A stretch of 64,000 bases of DNA from Anaerolineales bacterium (GTDB taxonomy: Bacteria > Chloroflexota > Anaerolineae > Anaerolineales > E44-bin32). The notes under the pieces are model-generated. The model did no database searches, had not been told where the DNA came from, and saw only the letters and a program-made list of their open reading frames with translations. This document shows, in pieces, positions 43,697 through 54,043 of this stretch. The stretch lies in NCBI GenBank assembly GCA_036477195.1, contig JAZGCZ010000033.1:3357-67356 (forward strand), read 5' to 3'. Position numbers and translations under genes: made by a program. The number at the start of each line of letters is the position of its first letter. The stretch's first letter is position 1.

Positions 43697-43717
43697 AGAA
43701 TTCCGCTCATTTTGGGC

Positions 43718-44125
43718 CTATCTAACTTGCGCGACCTGGGCTTCCGGCTCCTGCATTTGCAGGTCCTGAAAGAGTGCCTTTCCATCCGCGTAGCAGGCGG
43801 TGGCAGTGTACATTCCAGTGTTCAGTGCGACCATGAATCGGAGCTGGCCTCCATCGTAAACCCACGCAAAGTCCTGGATCGCGTCTTGCTCTGGGTTGAA
43901 CAGTCCTTGCTCCTCAAGATCCTGAAGGAAAAGAATTGCATTTAGTCTCGGGTCGGTAACTCGAAATGTCTCTGCGCAATCTGGGCCTGTGTTATTTTCG
44001 ATAATCCCTTTGGCCATCCAGGCTGCGCCGCCAATGAACGCGACAAGCGCAAGATTCCAGAACACTAGCGTTGCGGTCTCGCTAACGGAGTGGTCAGCCG
44101 ACCAATTCTGGATTTTCTCTTTCAT
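43718..44125 (-). CDS. Hypothetical protein with an N-terminal TM segment
   Basis: 135 aa with a hydrophobic segment (LVFWNLALVAFIGGAAWMA). I recognised no family. Confidence 0.45.
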   Translation of the reverse strand: MKEKIQNWSADHSVSETATLVFWNLALVAFIGGAAWMAKGIIENNTGPDCAETFRVTDPRLNAILFLQDLEEQGLFNPEQDAIQDFAWVYDGGQLRFMVALNTGMYTATACYADGKALFQDLQMQEPEAQVAQVR

Positions 44126-44182
44126 TTCAGTACTCTTCGGCGTTCACGTTTTCATCCTATCATTCAATCTTTCACCTTAAAC

Positions 44183-44899
44183 TTACAGGGCGCTTACAGA
44201 GCTATCCGGGTCGAAACCTAAGCCCTTGGACTTGAGCGATACAAATCGCCCCGTGCCAATCACGATGTGATCGAGCACTTCGATATCCAGTAGACGCCCG
44301 GCGTCGATCATGGCGCGCGTCACCGCTACATCCTCTGGGCTCGGCGATGGATCTCCACTTGGATGATTGTGGGCCACGATGATCGATGCTGCATTTTCGC
44401 GAACCGCATCTCTGAAAACTTCCCCGACCCTGATCAATGAAGTGTTCAGCGATCCTTGATAAACCTCCGCGATACGCATGAGTTGATTGCGCGTATCGAG
44501 CAAAAGTACCCGCAGGTGCTCTTGCTTCAAGGCTCCCATTTCATACATCACAAGCTCGGCGGCTTGTTCTGGCGATTGAATAGCCGGTCGATCTTCCGGA
44601 ACCGACACTGCCAGGCGCCGCCCTAGTTCAACCGCTGCGCCAAGCTGCGCGGCTTTTGCCGGACCAATACCCCGGGTCTTCACCAAGTCCTGATGGTCTG
44701 CTCTGTGTATCCCCGCCAATCCACCGTACTCATCAAGCAATTCCTGGGCGAGCTGGACCGCGCTGGCGCCCGGCACACCAGTTCCAAGGAGAATCGCCAA
44801 GAGCTCTGGATTAGATAGCGCTTGCGGGCCCTGCCGCTCTAAGCGCTCTCTTGGCCGATCATCGGATCTCATGTCTTTGATTCGGTGAACCGTGTACAT
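44183..44899 (-). CDS. radC: RadC-like JAB-domain protein
   Basis: [41 protein letters not shown]...[18 protein letters not shown] matches RadC. I chose the ATG at 44899 because RadC homology begins there. The track ORF starts at TTG 44923 inside the repeat array. Confidence 0.85.
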   Translation of the reverse strand: MYTVHRIKDMRSDDRPRERLERQGPQALSNPELLAILLGTGVPGASAVQLAQELLDEYGGLAGIHRADHQDLVKTRGIGPAKAAQLGAAVELGRRLAVSVPEDRPAIQSPEQAAELVMYEMGALKQEHLRVLLLDTRNQLMRIAEVYQGSLNTSLIRVGEVFRDAVRENAASIIVAHNHPSGDPSPSPEDVAVTRAMIDAGRLLDIEVLDHIVIGTGRFVSLKSKGLGFDPDSSVSAL

Positions 44900-45120
44900 C
44901 GCGTTCCTGCCAATCTTTGCCAATCAACGGATCTCATGTCTTGATTCGGTGAACCGCGTGCATCTCATTCCTGCCAATCTTTGCCAATCAACGGATCTCA
45001 TGTCTTGATTCGGTGAATCGTGTACATCGCATTCCTGCCAATCTTGCCGATCATCGGATCTCATGTTTTTGATTCGGTGTACCGTGCATATCGCATTCCT
45101 TCCAATCTTGCCGATCATCT
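44855..45120 (-). repeat. Tandem repeat, about 4.15 copies of a 63-65-bp unit containing the radC start region
   Basis: Anchoring on GGATCTCATG at 44864, 44929, 44993 and 45056 gives periods of 65, 64 and 63 bp. Copy 1 is the real radC 5' end. Copies 2-4 carry substitutions and 1-bp indels. Confidence 0.9.
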
Positions 45121-45161
45121 TCGTGCCACTAGACAGGCCACCGCCGAAATGAGCAACGCAC

Positions 45162-45169
45162 TGTATAAT
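45162..45169 (+). promoter_or_regulatory. Candidate extended -10 promoter (TGTATAAT) for the zinc-ribbon membrane protein gene
   Basis: TG at 45162-45163 and TATAAT at 45164-45169, 22 nt before the TTG start at 45192. Confidence 0.3.
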
Positions 45170-45191
45170 CGCGCCGATCTCGGAACCTGTC

Positions 45192-45650
45192 TTGAGTAAC
45201 CTGACGACCTTCTTTCAGTACTTCACCGCATTGCTAGGGGCCTTCCTTGCCGCCCTATGGCTGGCCCTGATTTTTTGGACCTATAGGGACATTCGCTCGC
45301 GCACACAGGATAGGCTGGTTCAAATCCTCGCCGCCCTTCTGGCAGCTGTTATGGGGCCGTTCGGCGTATTGATCTACTTGATCCTTCGCCCCAGGATTAC
45401 GATTGACCAGGAATATCAACACACGCTGGAAGAGGAAGCGCTGCTGGCTGAAATCGAGGATGAATCCATTTGCCCAGGATGTGGCGGGCGAACGCATGCC
45501 GACTGGCAGCTATGCCCTACCTGCCATACGCATCTGCGCAAGGATTGCGATCACTGCGGCCGATTGATGGAATTATCGTGGCAGGTCTGTCCATACTGCG
45601 GCACACCTGTCGAGGGAGTAACCGCAGAGACCCTGGGGGCGGAGATCTAA
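45192..45650 (+). CDS. Membrane-anchored double zinc-ribbon protein
   Basis: 152 aa. It has two N-terminal TM helices (with a WTYRDIRSR-type junction), then CPGCG...CPTC...CDHCG...CPYCG, which is four CxxC pairs. Confidence 0.6.
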   Translation: MSNLTTFFQYFTALLGAFLAALWLALIFWTYRDIRSRTQDRLVQILAALLAAVMGPFGVLIYLILRPRITIDQEYQHTLEEEALLAEIEDESICPGCGGRTHADWQLCPTCHTHLRKDCDHCGRLMELSWQVCPYCGTPVEGVTAETLGAEI

Positions 45651-45651
45651 T

Positions 45652-46950
<1,299 letters not shown>

Positions 46951-46996
46951 TTATAACCACGCTCGATTTCGGCATAGCATTCGGCAAAATGGCGCA

Positions 46997-47005
46997 TGTT
47001 AGAAT
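46997..47005 (+). promoter_or_regulatory. Candidate extended -10 promoter (TGtTAGAAT) giving a leaderless desulfurase transcript
   Basis: The -10 box ends at 47005 and the ATG is at 47013, with no SD. Confidence 0.35.
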
Positions 47006-47012
47006 CCGTCGG

Positions 47013-48173
47013 ATGCCTGCATATTTGGACTACGCGGCTACCACCCCGCTGGATGACAAGGTGTTGGATGGAATGCTCCCATACTTGAGGGAGGATTTCG
47101 GCAACCCATCCTCCGTGCACGGCTGGGGGCAGCGAGCCGAGTGGGCTGTCGAAGATGCCAGAGAACGAATCGCTGACGGGCTCGGCTGCCTGCCCGAAGA
47201 ACTGATCTTTACCAGCGGCGGCTCGGAAAGCGATAACCTTGCGCTCCGAGGGGCTGCCTTCAGCGCTCGATCCGCGAGAGCGGCCAATCACATACTTATA
47301 TCTCCGACCGAACATGATGCGGTGAGGATTACCGCCTACGAGCTGGTAAAACGCCACGGATTTGATTTGGAATTGCTTCCTGTCGACCCTCTCGGCTGCG
47401 TCGATCCCGATGACCTTCGCAAGAGAATCCGGTCGGGCACTGCGGCCATTTCTGTGATCTATGGGAACAATGAGATCGGGACGATAAATCCCATTCCTGA
47501 TCTCGCGACGATTGCTCGCGAGCACGAGATACCCTTTCATTCAGACGCCCTTCAGACGACGTGTCAGCTTCCGACCCGGGTCGCGGATCTTGGGATTGAT
47601 ATGCTCTCGATCGGTGCACACAAATTCTACGGACCCAAGGGAGTCGGCGCGCTCTACGTCAGAGGCGGCACAACGCTGCAATCCGTCCAGACCGGTGGCT
47701 CGCAGGAACGAGGGCTTCGGGCCGGCACCCACAACGTGCCGCTCATCGTAGGGATGGCACATGCGCACGAGATCGCCCTCGCCCGCCAAGAATCAGACGC
47801 TGATCGCTTCCGAATGCTCAGGGATCGGATCATCGAAGGTGTCACGAGCAGAATTCTTGGCGCTCGATTGACCGGCCATCCCGAGGAACGCCTTCCTAAC
47901 AACGCCTCATTTGTAATCGAGGGCATCGATGGAAATTCCCTGCTTGCAGCACTCGACCTTGCGGGTTTCGCTTGCTCCTCCGGATCAGCTTGCAAAACTG
48001 GAGACCCGGAACCCTCGGAGGTGCTGCTTGCACTGGGTATGGAACCTGAACTCGCGCTCGGCTCGCTGAGGGTCTCAGTTGGCAGGCAGACTACCGAATA
48101 CGAGGTAGGCGAATTTTTGGATGCGTTGCAAGACACGGTTGCCAAACTTAGACCAAGTGTGGCAGTTGCATAA
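47013..48173 (+). CDS. Cysteine desulfurase (NifS/IscS class V aminotransferase)
   Basis: MPAYLDYAATTPLDDKVL...GNPSSVH...SGGSESDN...LSIGAHKFYGPKGVGALY...SSGSAC matches the family. It sits next to mnmA, as in the Bacillus YrvO-MnmA pair. Confidence 0.9.
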   Translation: MPAYLDYAATTPLDDKVLDGMLPYLREDFGNPSSVHGWGQRAEWAVEDARERIADGLGCLPEELIFTSGGSESDNLALRGAAFSARSARAANHILISPTEHDAVRITAYELVKRHGFDLELLPVDPLGCVDPDDLRKRIRSGTAAISVIYGNNEIGTINPIPDLATIAREHEIPFHSDALQTTCQLPTRVADLGIDMLSIGAHKFYGPKGVGALYVRGGTTLQSVQTGGSQERGLRAGTHNVPLIVGMAHAHEIALARQESDADRFRMLRDRIIEGVTSRILGARLTGHPEERLPNNASFVIEGIDGNSLLAALDLAGFACSSGSACKTGDPEPSEVLLALGMEPELALGSLRVSVGRQTTEYEVGEFLDALQDTVAKLRPSVAVA

Positions 48174-48225
48174 TAAGAATAAAGAGAACGATTGCGGTTG
48201 CGGCAGTGGAGAGCCCAGTTACACC

Positions 48226-49284
48226 ATGAGCCCTAAGAGAACGATCGCGGTCGCCATGAGTGGCGGAGTGGACAGCTCCGTTGCGGCGGCGCTCCTTGTT
48301 GAATCCGGCGACCGGGTATTTGGCCTGATGCTCAGACTGTGGAGCGCGGGCCCAGAACGACCCAATCGATGTTGTTCCCCCAGAGATGTCGCCAACGCGA
48401 GTAAGGTTGCTGGCCGGCTAGGGATTCCTTTCTACGTAATTGATGCCAAGGATGAGTTCAAAAGCCGGGTTGTGGATAGCTTCATCAGTGGATATGAGGC
48501 AGGCCTGACCCCTAATCCTTGCCTAAGCTGTAATCGCGAGTTGAGATGGGGGTTGTTGCTTGAGCGGGCCTCGAAGCTAGGTGCTACGCATATTGCGACC
48601 GGGCACTATGCGCGCTTGCGGAGGACAAACGGCCAATACCGCCTATTCCGAGCCGACGATCGCCAAAAGGATCAGTCTTATGTTCTCAGCGTGCTCGGGC
48701 AATCACAACTGGCTCATACCCTGTTTCCCCTCGGCAAACTGAAGAAGGAGGCAGTGCGGGAAATTGCCCGACGTCAGGGTTTAGTGACCGCGAATCGGCC
48801 GGAGAGCCAGGATCTTTGTTTTCTAGGCGGGGATGACTATCGCACTTTTTTGGCCGACCATTTAGTGGCCGCACCAGGCGCAATCGAGGACAATCAAGGC
48901 AATACTTTGGCGAACCACAGCGGTCTATCAAACTTTACCGTTGGGCAGCGCAAGGGCATTGGAATATCCGGCCCGGAGCCACTTTATGTGATTGATAAGG
49001 ACGTGGAGCGCAACACGTTGATCGTGGGACCGAAGTCCGCACTCGGGCGCACCCATTTCACGGTCCGTGAAGTGAACTGGGTGCGTGGACATTCGCCACC
49101 AGAAAGCTCTAACCTAACGGTGCAGGTTCGCTATCGCGCGTCGGCCGTACCGGCCAGTCTCGAACATCTTGAGGGTAGAACCAAGGTCGCAACGGATGAA
49201 CCGCTGAATAACATCGCCCCGGGTCAGGCTGCAGTTTTCTATAAGGGGGAGGAATGTTTAGGAGGGGGGATTATTTCACGATGA
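48226..49284 (+). CDS. mnmA: tRNA-specific 2-thiouridylase MnmA
   Basis: MSPKRTIAVAMSGGVDSSVAAALL (PP-loop SGGxDS), ...CCSPRD..., ...NPCLSCNRELRW..., ...ATGHYAR...KDQSYVL. I chose the ATG at 48226. Confidence 0.92.
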   Translation: MSPKRTIAVAMSGGVDSSVAAALLVESGDRVFGLMLRLWSAGPERPNRCCSPRDVANASKVAGRLGIPFYVIDAKDEFKSRVVDSFISGYEAGLTPNPCLSCNRELRWGLLLERASKLGATHIATGHYARLRRTNGQYRLFRADDRQKDQSYVLSVLGQSQLAHTLFPLGKLKKEAVREIARRQGLVTANRPESQDLCFLGGDDYRTFLADHLVAAPGAIEDNQGNTLANHSGLSNFTVGQRKGIGISGPEPLYVIDKDVERNTLIVGPKSALGRTHFTVREVNWVRGHSPPESSNLTVQVRYRASAVPASLEHLEGRTKVATDEPLNNIAPGQAAVFYKGEECLGGGIISR

Positions 49285-49577
49285 CCGCTCCCGGACTTTA
49301 TTTCTCACTGCTCATCGCGTCCGGCCTTGGATTGGTTTTTCATCTAATCCGCGGCGGCAGCCTGGGTCGTCTCCTGCTTTATCTGGCCGCGGCCTGGATT
49401 GCATTTATGGCTGGTCATCTTGTCGCAGAGTGGTTGGACTGGCACCTGGTCCGGGTTGGCCCCATCAATCTTTTCGCGGCGCTCCTGGCTGCAATCATTG
49501 GGTTGTCAGCGGCATCGCTTCTGGCTGGCCCCGAACGAACTCGCCGCCGAACCAGCAAACGCAGACGTAAAAGCTAG
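49281..49577 (+). CDS. Small membrane protein (3 TM), unknown function
   Basis: An ATGA overlap links it to the mnmA stop. It has 98 aa, starting MTAPGLYFSLLIASGLGLVFHLI, and ends with a basic tail RRRTSKRRRKS. Confidence 0.5.
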   Translation: MTAPGLYFSLLIASGLGLVFHLIRGGSLGRLLLYLAAAWIAFMAGHLVAEWLDWHLVRVGPINLFAALLAAIIGLSAASLLAGPERTRRRTSKRRRKS

Positions 49578-49607
49578 TATGCTATAATTCGCGCCCTGAG
49601 CGAAATT

Positions 49608-50042
49608 GTGGCCTTACCCGCCCCCGATAACGGCGAAGCAGAAGCTGCCTCCAGCAAGCGCAAACAAGTTGCTCTTATCGCTGGAGGCATAGTTTTCGTG
49701 CTTGTCGTATTGATCGCGCTGGTGTTGGCTGCGATTGTTATGCTCAGGGATCCGGCGCGAACGGAGACGATACGCGATGTCGTAATCATCTTTTTGGCGG
49801 CCGAATCCATTGTATTTGGCCTGGTTCTTGTAATCCTAATTGTCCAGGTGGCGAGGCTCACCGCACTCATCGAGAACGAACTACGACCGATTCTCGAATC
49901 GACGAATGAGACCCTCGGCACACTTAGAGGGACCACCCAATTTCTTAGTCGGAATATGGTGAGCCCTGTGATAAGAGTGAACAGCACGGTTGCGGCGTTG
50001 AGGCGGGCCATTGGTGCGTTCCGCGTACGCCGCCCTCGCTGA
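49608..50042 (+). CDS. Hypothetical membrane protein
   Basis: 144 aa with a GTG start and two TM helices, followed by a helical C-terminal part. The family is uncertain but possibly DUF948-like. Confidence 0.45.
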   Translation: MALPAPDNGEAEAASSKRKQVALIAGGIVFVLVVLIALVLAAIVMLRDPARTETIRDVVIIFLAAESIVFGLVLVILIVQVARLTALIENELRPILESTNETLGTLRGTTQFLSRNMVSPVIRVNSTVAALRRAIGAFRVRRPR

Positions 50043-50064
50043 TATCAGGTTTTGGAGGAATAGA

Positions 50065-50433
50065 ATGGCTGACAACGACGATTTTGGCTCTTTTGTCTCT
50101 GGTTTCATGATTGGCGGGTTGATCGGGGCTGCCGTGGCACTCTTGCTCGCCCCGCAATCTGGCGAAGAGACGCGTCTAATGATCCGCGACAAGGGCATTG
50201 TACTTAAGGATCAGGTGGAAACCACGGCCAGCGATGCAAGGGTTCGCGCAGAAGAACTTGCGAAGGATGCTAGAACACGCGCCTCAGATGCCCAGAAGAG
50301 TGGCCAGGTTGTGCTGGAACAACAAAAATCTCGGATCGAAGATGCAATCGAGGCGGGAAAGCAGGCTGCGAAAGACACTAAGGCCAAGCTAGATGGCGCG
50401 CAGACCGAATCAGAGGCGGAAGCCAAGTCATAA
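50065..50433 (+). CDS. YtxH-like general-stress/LEA-like membrane-anchored protein
   Basis: MADNDDFGSFVSGFMIGGLIGAAVALLLAPQSGEETR... matches the YtxH signature, followed by a K/A/E-rich helix. A GGAGG SD at 50055-50059 supports the ATG at 50065. Confidence 0.65.
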   Translation: MADNDDFGSFVSGFMIGGLIGAAVALLLAPQSGEETRLMIRDKGIVLKDQVETTASDARVRAEELAKDARTRASDAQKSGQVVLEQQKSRIEDAIEAGKQAAKDTKAKLDGAQTESEAEAKS

Positions 50434-50495
50434 TTTCCACCCTCCGTCGCAAATTCGAAAACCAATTCTTACTTCCAGCCCACAACACAAGAACG

Positions 50496-50530
50496 GAGCC
50501 CCAGGCAATTCGCCCGGGGCTCTTTTGTTT
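50496..50530 (+). terminator. Rho-independent terminator after the YtxH-like gene
   Basis: The stem GAGCCCC-a-GG (50496-50505) pairs with CC-c-GGGGCTC (50513-50522), followed by TTTTGTTT. Confidence 0.65.
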
Positions 50531-50558
50531 CCACAGAATGTTCGGATCGGTGACCCGT

Positions 50559-52121
50559 TCACCTTGCAGGCGCAAGCTGCTCCAGTTCGGAGATCGCCCC
50601 TGGAATGGCTGCCGCCACGTCCCCCGCTAAAACCGAGGCCGTCGTGCCGACTTTTTGGGCGGCCAAAACGCCCGCCCGTGCGTGAACATAGCTGGCCAAT
50701 ACGGATGCATCATATGACGCTAGGCCCTGCGCGCGATACCCTACCAGCAGGCCGGCGAGAACATCGCCCGTGCCGGCGCGCGCCAGAGCGGGGGTTGCGA
50801 TCGGGATCAGTGCCGATCGTCCGTCTGGATGTGCAATCACAGTGAATGCCCCTTTTAGGACGACGACGTGACCCCACTCCGATGCTTTATCTACGGCTAC
50901 TTTCGAGCGATTGGCTTGAATTTCTTGAGTATCGAGACCGGCCAGGGCACTCATCTCGCCAGGATGAGGGGTCAGAACGGAAATTGCCGGCAACAAGTCC
51001 TTCCACCCTTCAATACCGACCATGAGCTTCAAACCGTCAGCATCGACGACCGCAGGAGAGAGCTCTGATCCGGCGCTTTGCATGCTGATTAGCGCTTCGA
51101 CAAATCCAGCGGTCGACGGATCGAGACCCAGGCCGGGCCCCAAAAGAAAACCTTGAGACTCGGCCCACTCGCTTATGAGCCGATCGACGTCCGTAAATTC
51201 AAATGCTCCGCTAAATGGCAACCAGGTGCACTCGGGAATTTCTCCAGCGATCATCGTTTGGACCGGCGCCGGAACCGCCATTGTCACCAGGCCTGCCCCG
51301 GCCAAGTATGCCGCCCGGCCTGCAAGTGCGGCTGCGCCGGGATAATTGGTGGAACCCGCAACAATGAGTGCTCGGCCAAAGGTCCCTTTGTGGGCATCCC
51401 GCGGTCGAGCAGGCAGAAGAGTCACCAGATCTCTGGCTGTAGCCACCTCCCGATCGATCGAAGCCAACTCCTTTTGCTTCGGCGATAAGCCGATATCTCC
51501 AATAACAAGTTCGCCCACTTGAGACGCTGCGGGGAACTGGAAAAGCCCCGGCTTGGCCGCTGCGAGGGTCACCGTGAGATCGGCTGTCAGGCTCTCCTCC
51601 GCGATTTCTCCCGTATCGCAATCGAGTCCGGATGGACAATCGACAGCCACCACGAACGGGCGTGCGTCTGATCGCTTAGCCGCCTTCAGTACTTCTTTGG
51701 CCGTCCCTTTCAGCGGCAGCTGGAATCCTGTTCCCAGGATCGAGTCGATAACAATGTCGGCCCGTCCCAACTGGAGGTTAAGCACTCGGCTCCGCTGATC
51801 CTCTTCGCCATTGGCGATCAGGAGCCCTAGCTCTTTCAGCGGAGCCAGGTGCGGATCGTCTGCGGGCCGCTCCTTCGTAAGGTAGATCGCGATCGTTGCC
51901 CCGGCTTCTGCCAACCTCCGAGCAGCAACCAGCCCGTCCCCGCCATTGTTTCCTGTGCCGGCGAGCACCAGGATATGTTTGCCGGTAAGATCCGGGATCT
52001 TTGCAAGCAGCGCTTCCGCCACGGCTTTTCCAGCATGCTCCATCATTTGGGCGTAGGTGTGCCCAGCCGCGTTCGCTGCGCTCTCGATTCGAATCATCTC
52101 TTCAACCGTGACAATCTTCAC
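50559..52121 (-). CDS. nnr: Bifunctional NAD(P)H-hydrate repair enzyme Nnr (epimerase + ADP-dependent dehydratase)
   Basis: VKIVTVEEMIRIE...GTGNNGGDG (the YjeF-N part) and ...GPGLG...GTGDVLAG (the carbohydrate-kinase-like C part). I chose the GTG at 52121, where homology begins; the track ORF extends to TTG 52184. Confidence 0.85.
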   Translation of the reverse strand: MKIVTVEEMIRIESAANAAGHTYAQMMEHAGKAVAEALLAKIPDLTGKHILVLAGTGNNGGDGLVAARRLAEAGATIAIYLTKERPADDPHLAPLKELGLLIANGEEDQRSRVLNLQLGRADIVIDSILGTGFQLPLKGTAKEVLKAAKRSDARPFVVAVDCPSGLDCDTGEIAEESLTADLTVTLAAAKPGLFQFPAASQVGELVIGDIGLSPKQKELASIDREVATARDLVTLLPARPRDAHKGTFGRALIVAGSTNYPGAAALAGRAAYLAGAGLVTMAVPAPVQTMIAGEIPECTWLPFSGAFEFTDVDRLISEWAESQGFLLGPGLGLDPSTAGFVEALISMQSAGSELSPAVVDADGLKLMVGIEGWKDLLPAISVLTPHPGEMSALAGLDTQEIQANRSKVAVDKASEWGHVVVLKGAFTVIAHPDGRSALIPIATPALARAGTGDVLAGLLVGYRAQGLASYDASVLASYVHARAGVLAAQKVGTTASVLAGDVAAAIPGAISELEQLAPAR

Positions 52122-52312
52122 CAAGTTCTTATCCTCACAACGGGCTAGTTTGCTCTCAGACTTCCGGCGGCGACGCGCACCCAACCTAAACTAGCATCGG
52201 CCTCGAGATGCAATGGCTATGCCCAAACCATCCAAGAGAGTTTCGTGCTTCCTCGGATTATCTGCCATGGCCAAATGCATGTCAACGAGGCACCAGACAT
52301 GTGCAGGCCTTG

Positions 52313-52341
52313 TTGACATGGATCGCCGCAATCATTACACT
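52313..52341 (+). promoter_or_regulatory. Candidate sigma70-type promoter giving a near-leaderless dGTPase-like transcript
   Basis: TTGACA (52313-52318), a 17-nt spacer, then TACACT (52336-52341). The ATG is at 52351. Confidence 0.45.
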
Positions 52342-52350
52342 CTGCCGCCC

Positions 52351-53499
52351 ATGATCATGCGCGAACGATTGGAACAGCTCGAAGCCGAAGCTCTCGCTCC
52401 ATATGGACACCGGAGTCGCGATTCCCGCGGCCGGGAGTTCCCAGAAGATGAGCCTCACTATCGCACCACATTCCAGCGAGATCGGGATCGCATCCTCCAT
52501 ACCACCGCATTCAGGCGCCTTGAATATAAGACCCAGGTCTTCGTTGTCGCCGAAGGCGACTACTATCGGACGCGCCTCACACATACTTTGGAAGTCTCGC
52601 AGATCGGTCGCACACTTGCGCGAGCACTGGGTGGCAACGAGGATCTGGTCGAGGCCATTTCGTTGGCTCACGATCTCGGACACCCGCCTTTCGGACACTC
52701 TGGCGAAACTACGCTCAGCCGGCTGATGGCCGATCACGGCGGCTTTGATCACAACAAACAATCTCTGCGTATCGTTACCGAACTCGAGCGCCGTTATCCC
52801 GATTTCTCAGGCCTCAATCTGACCTGGGAAGTGCGAGAGGGAATTGTCAAACATGAGACCGAATATGATGTCTCGGACGCCGAAGGGTATGAGCCTGATA
52901 AGCGGGGGCATCTTGAGGCTCAAATCGCGAACGTAGCGGACGAATTGGCCTATACAGCGCACGATCTTGATGACGGCCTGCGATCCAATTTGATTTCTGT
53001 CGGGCAGCTTCAAGGACTCTCGTTATGGGAAATGATCCGCGAGAGCATCGATTGGACGACGGATGAATTGGATGAACTTACACGCCATCGTCTGATTCGG
53101 CGGCTAATCGGACTGGAGGTTTCCGCTTTGCTGGAAGCTACACAGCAGCGAATCGCGGCCGCTGATATCAGATCAGTCGAGGCTTTGCAGTTGCTGGACC
53201 ACAATGTGGTCGGTTTCTCCGATGAGTTTGTCACCATGAACCAGCAATTGAAGTCCTTCCTATTTGCCAACATGTATCAGCATTATCGAGTGGTCCGCAT
53301 GCAAACTAAGGCCGAGCGCTTCATCGAGGAGCTCTTTAACGCCTACGTCGAGAAGCCCGAGATCCTTCCGAAAAAGGTTCAGGCTCGGGTACAAACCCTC
53401 GAGTTCTATCGCACGATTTGCGATTATCTTGCCGGGATGACAGACCGCTTCGCACTACTGGAATACAGCAAGCTCTTCGATCCTGCTACGTTGCCCTGA
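52351..53499 (+). CDS. dGTPase-like HD-domain triphosphohydrolase
   Basis: ...FQRDRDRILHTTAFRRLEYKTQVF...RTRLTHTLEVSQI...AHDLGHPPFGH... matches the Dgt-family signature. The start was chosen at ATG 52351, just downstream of the promoter-like element. Confidence 0.85.
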   Translation: MIMRERLEQLEAEALAPYGHRSRDSRGREFPEDEPHYRTTFQRDRDRILHTTAFRRLEYKTQVFVVAEGDYYRTRLTHTLEVSQIGRTLARALGGNEDLVEAISLAHDLGHPPFGHSGETTLSRLMADHGGFDHNKQSLRIVTELERRYPDFSGLNLTWEVREGIVKHETEYDVSDAEGYEPDKRGHLEAQIANVADELAYTAHDLDDGLRSNLISVGQLQGLSLWEMIRESIDWTTDELDELTRHRLIRRLIGLEVSALLEATQQRIAAADIRSVEALQLLDHNVVGFSDEFVTMNQQLKSFLFANMYQHYRVVRMQTKAERFIEELFNAYVEKPEILPKKVQARVQTLEFYRTICDYLAGMTDRFALLEYSKLFDPATLP

Positions 53500-53503
53500 T
53501 CCT

Positions 53504-53968
53504 ATGGAAGATGAACTCTATTTGACGCCTGAAGGGGCAGACAAACTGCGCAAGGAACTTGAGGAGCTGAAGGGCCCACAGCGGAATGAGCTTGCGGCCA
53601 GGCTGAGGCATGCGGTAAGTCAAGGGGATTTGTCTGAAAATGCCGACTATATTTCCGCCAAGGAAGATCAAGCATTTCTAGAGGGACGCATTCAAGAGCT
53701 TGATCTTATCCTCAAGGACGCGACGGTCGTTGACCGTGAAGCCCGCTCGGACACCGTGGGAGTGGGAAGCACGGTAGTGGTTCAAAACGAAAACCAGGAT
53801 AAAGAGACCTTTCATATTGTGGGCGAAAAGGAAGCCAATCCTAGAAACGGCAAGATTTCGCACAAATCGCCCATTGGCAAATCGCTAATGGGAAAAAGCG
53901 TCGGAGATGTGGCCATAGCGGAGACGCCGGGCGGCAAGCTCGAAATCAGAATCCTGGAATTAAGCTGA
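53504..53968 (+). CDS. greA: Transcription elongation factor GreA
   Basis: 154 aa. LTPEGADKLRKELEELKG...GDLSENADYISAKEDQAFLEGRIQEL...ISHKSPIGKSLMGKSVGD matches GreA. Confidence 0.93.
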   Translation: MEDELYLTPEGADKLRKELEELKGPQRNELAARLRHAVSQGDLSENADYISAKEDQAFLEGRIQELDLILKDATVVDREARSDTVGVGSTVVVQNENQDKETFHIVGEKEANPRNGKISHKSPIGKSLMGKSVGDVAIAETPGGKLEIRILELS

Positions 53969-53989
53969 TTTAGTAACCCTTGAAATACC

Positions 53990-54023
53990 AAAAGAGCTCG
54001 CCATCGGCGAGCTCTTTGTTTTT
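53990..54023. terminator. Bidirectional rho-independent terminator between greA and the convergent gene
   Basis: AAAGAGCTCGCC (53991-54002) pairs with GGCGAGCTCTTT (54006-54017), followed by GTTTTT. The A-run on the 5' side serves the opposite strand. Confidence 0.75.
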
Positions 54024-54043
54024 AAGTTCGAGTTATCAATGGA

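Noticed and set aside
44924-45118. The 64-aa track ORF as a real gene upstream of radC.
   Set aside because: Its sequence is just the repeat copies read through in shifting frames (IGKIGRNA..TVHRIK.MRSDD recurs). It ends at a TGA immediately before the track TTG start of radC.
44855-45120. A CRISPR-like array.
   Set aside because: The units abut each other with no unique spacers. The unit is a copy of the radC 5' end, and there are no cas genes.
42023-45120. A prophage or mobile-element remnant (M23 peptidase, small TM protein, RadC-like JAB protein, repeats).
   Set aside because: There is no integrase, recombinase, capsid or terminase gene, no flanking att-like direct repeats, and no tRNA insertion site. 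The neighbouring genes are core housekeeping.
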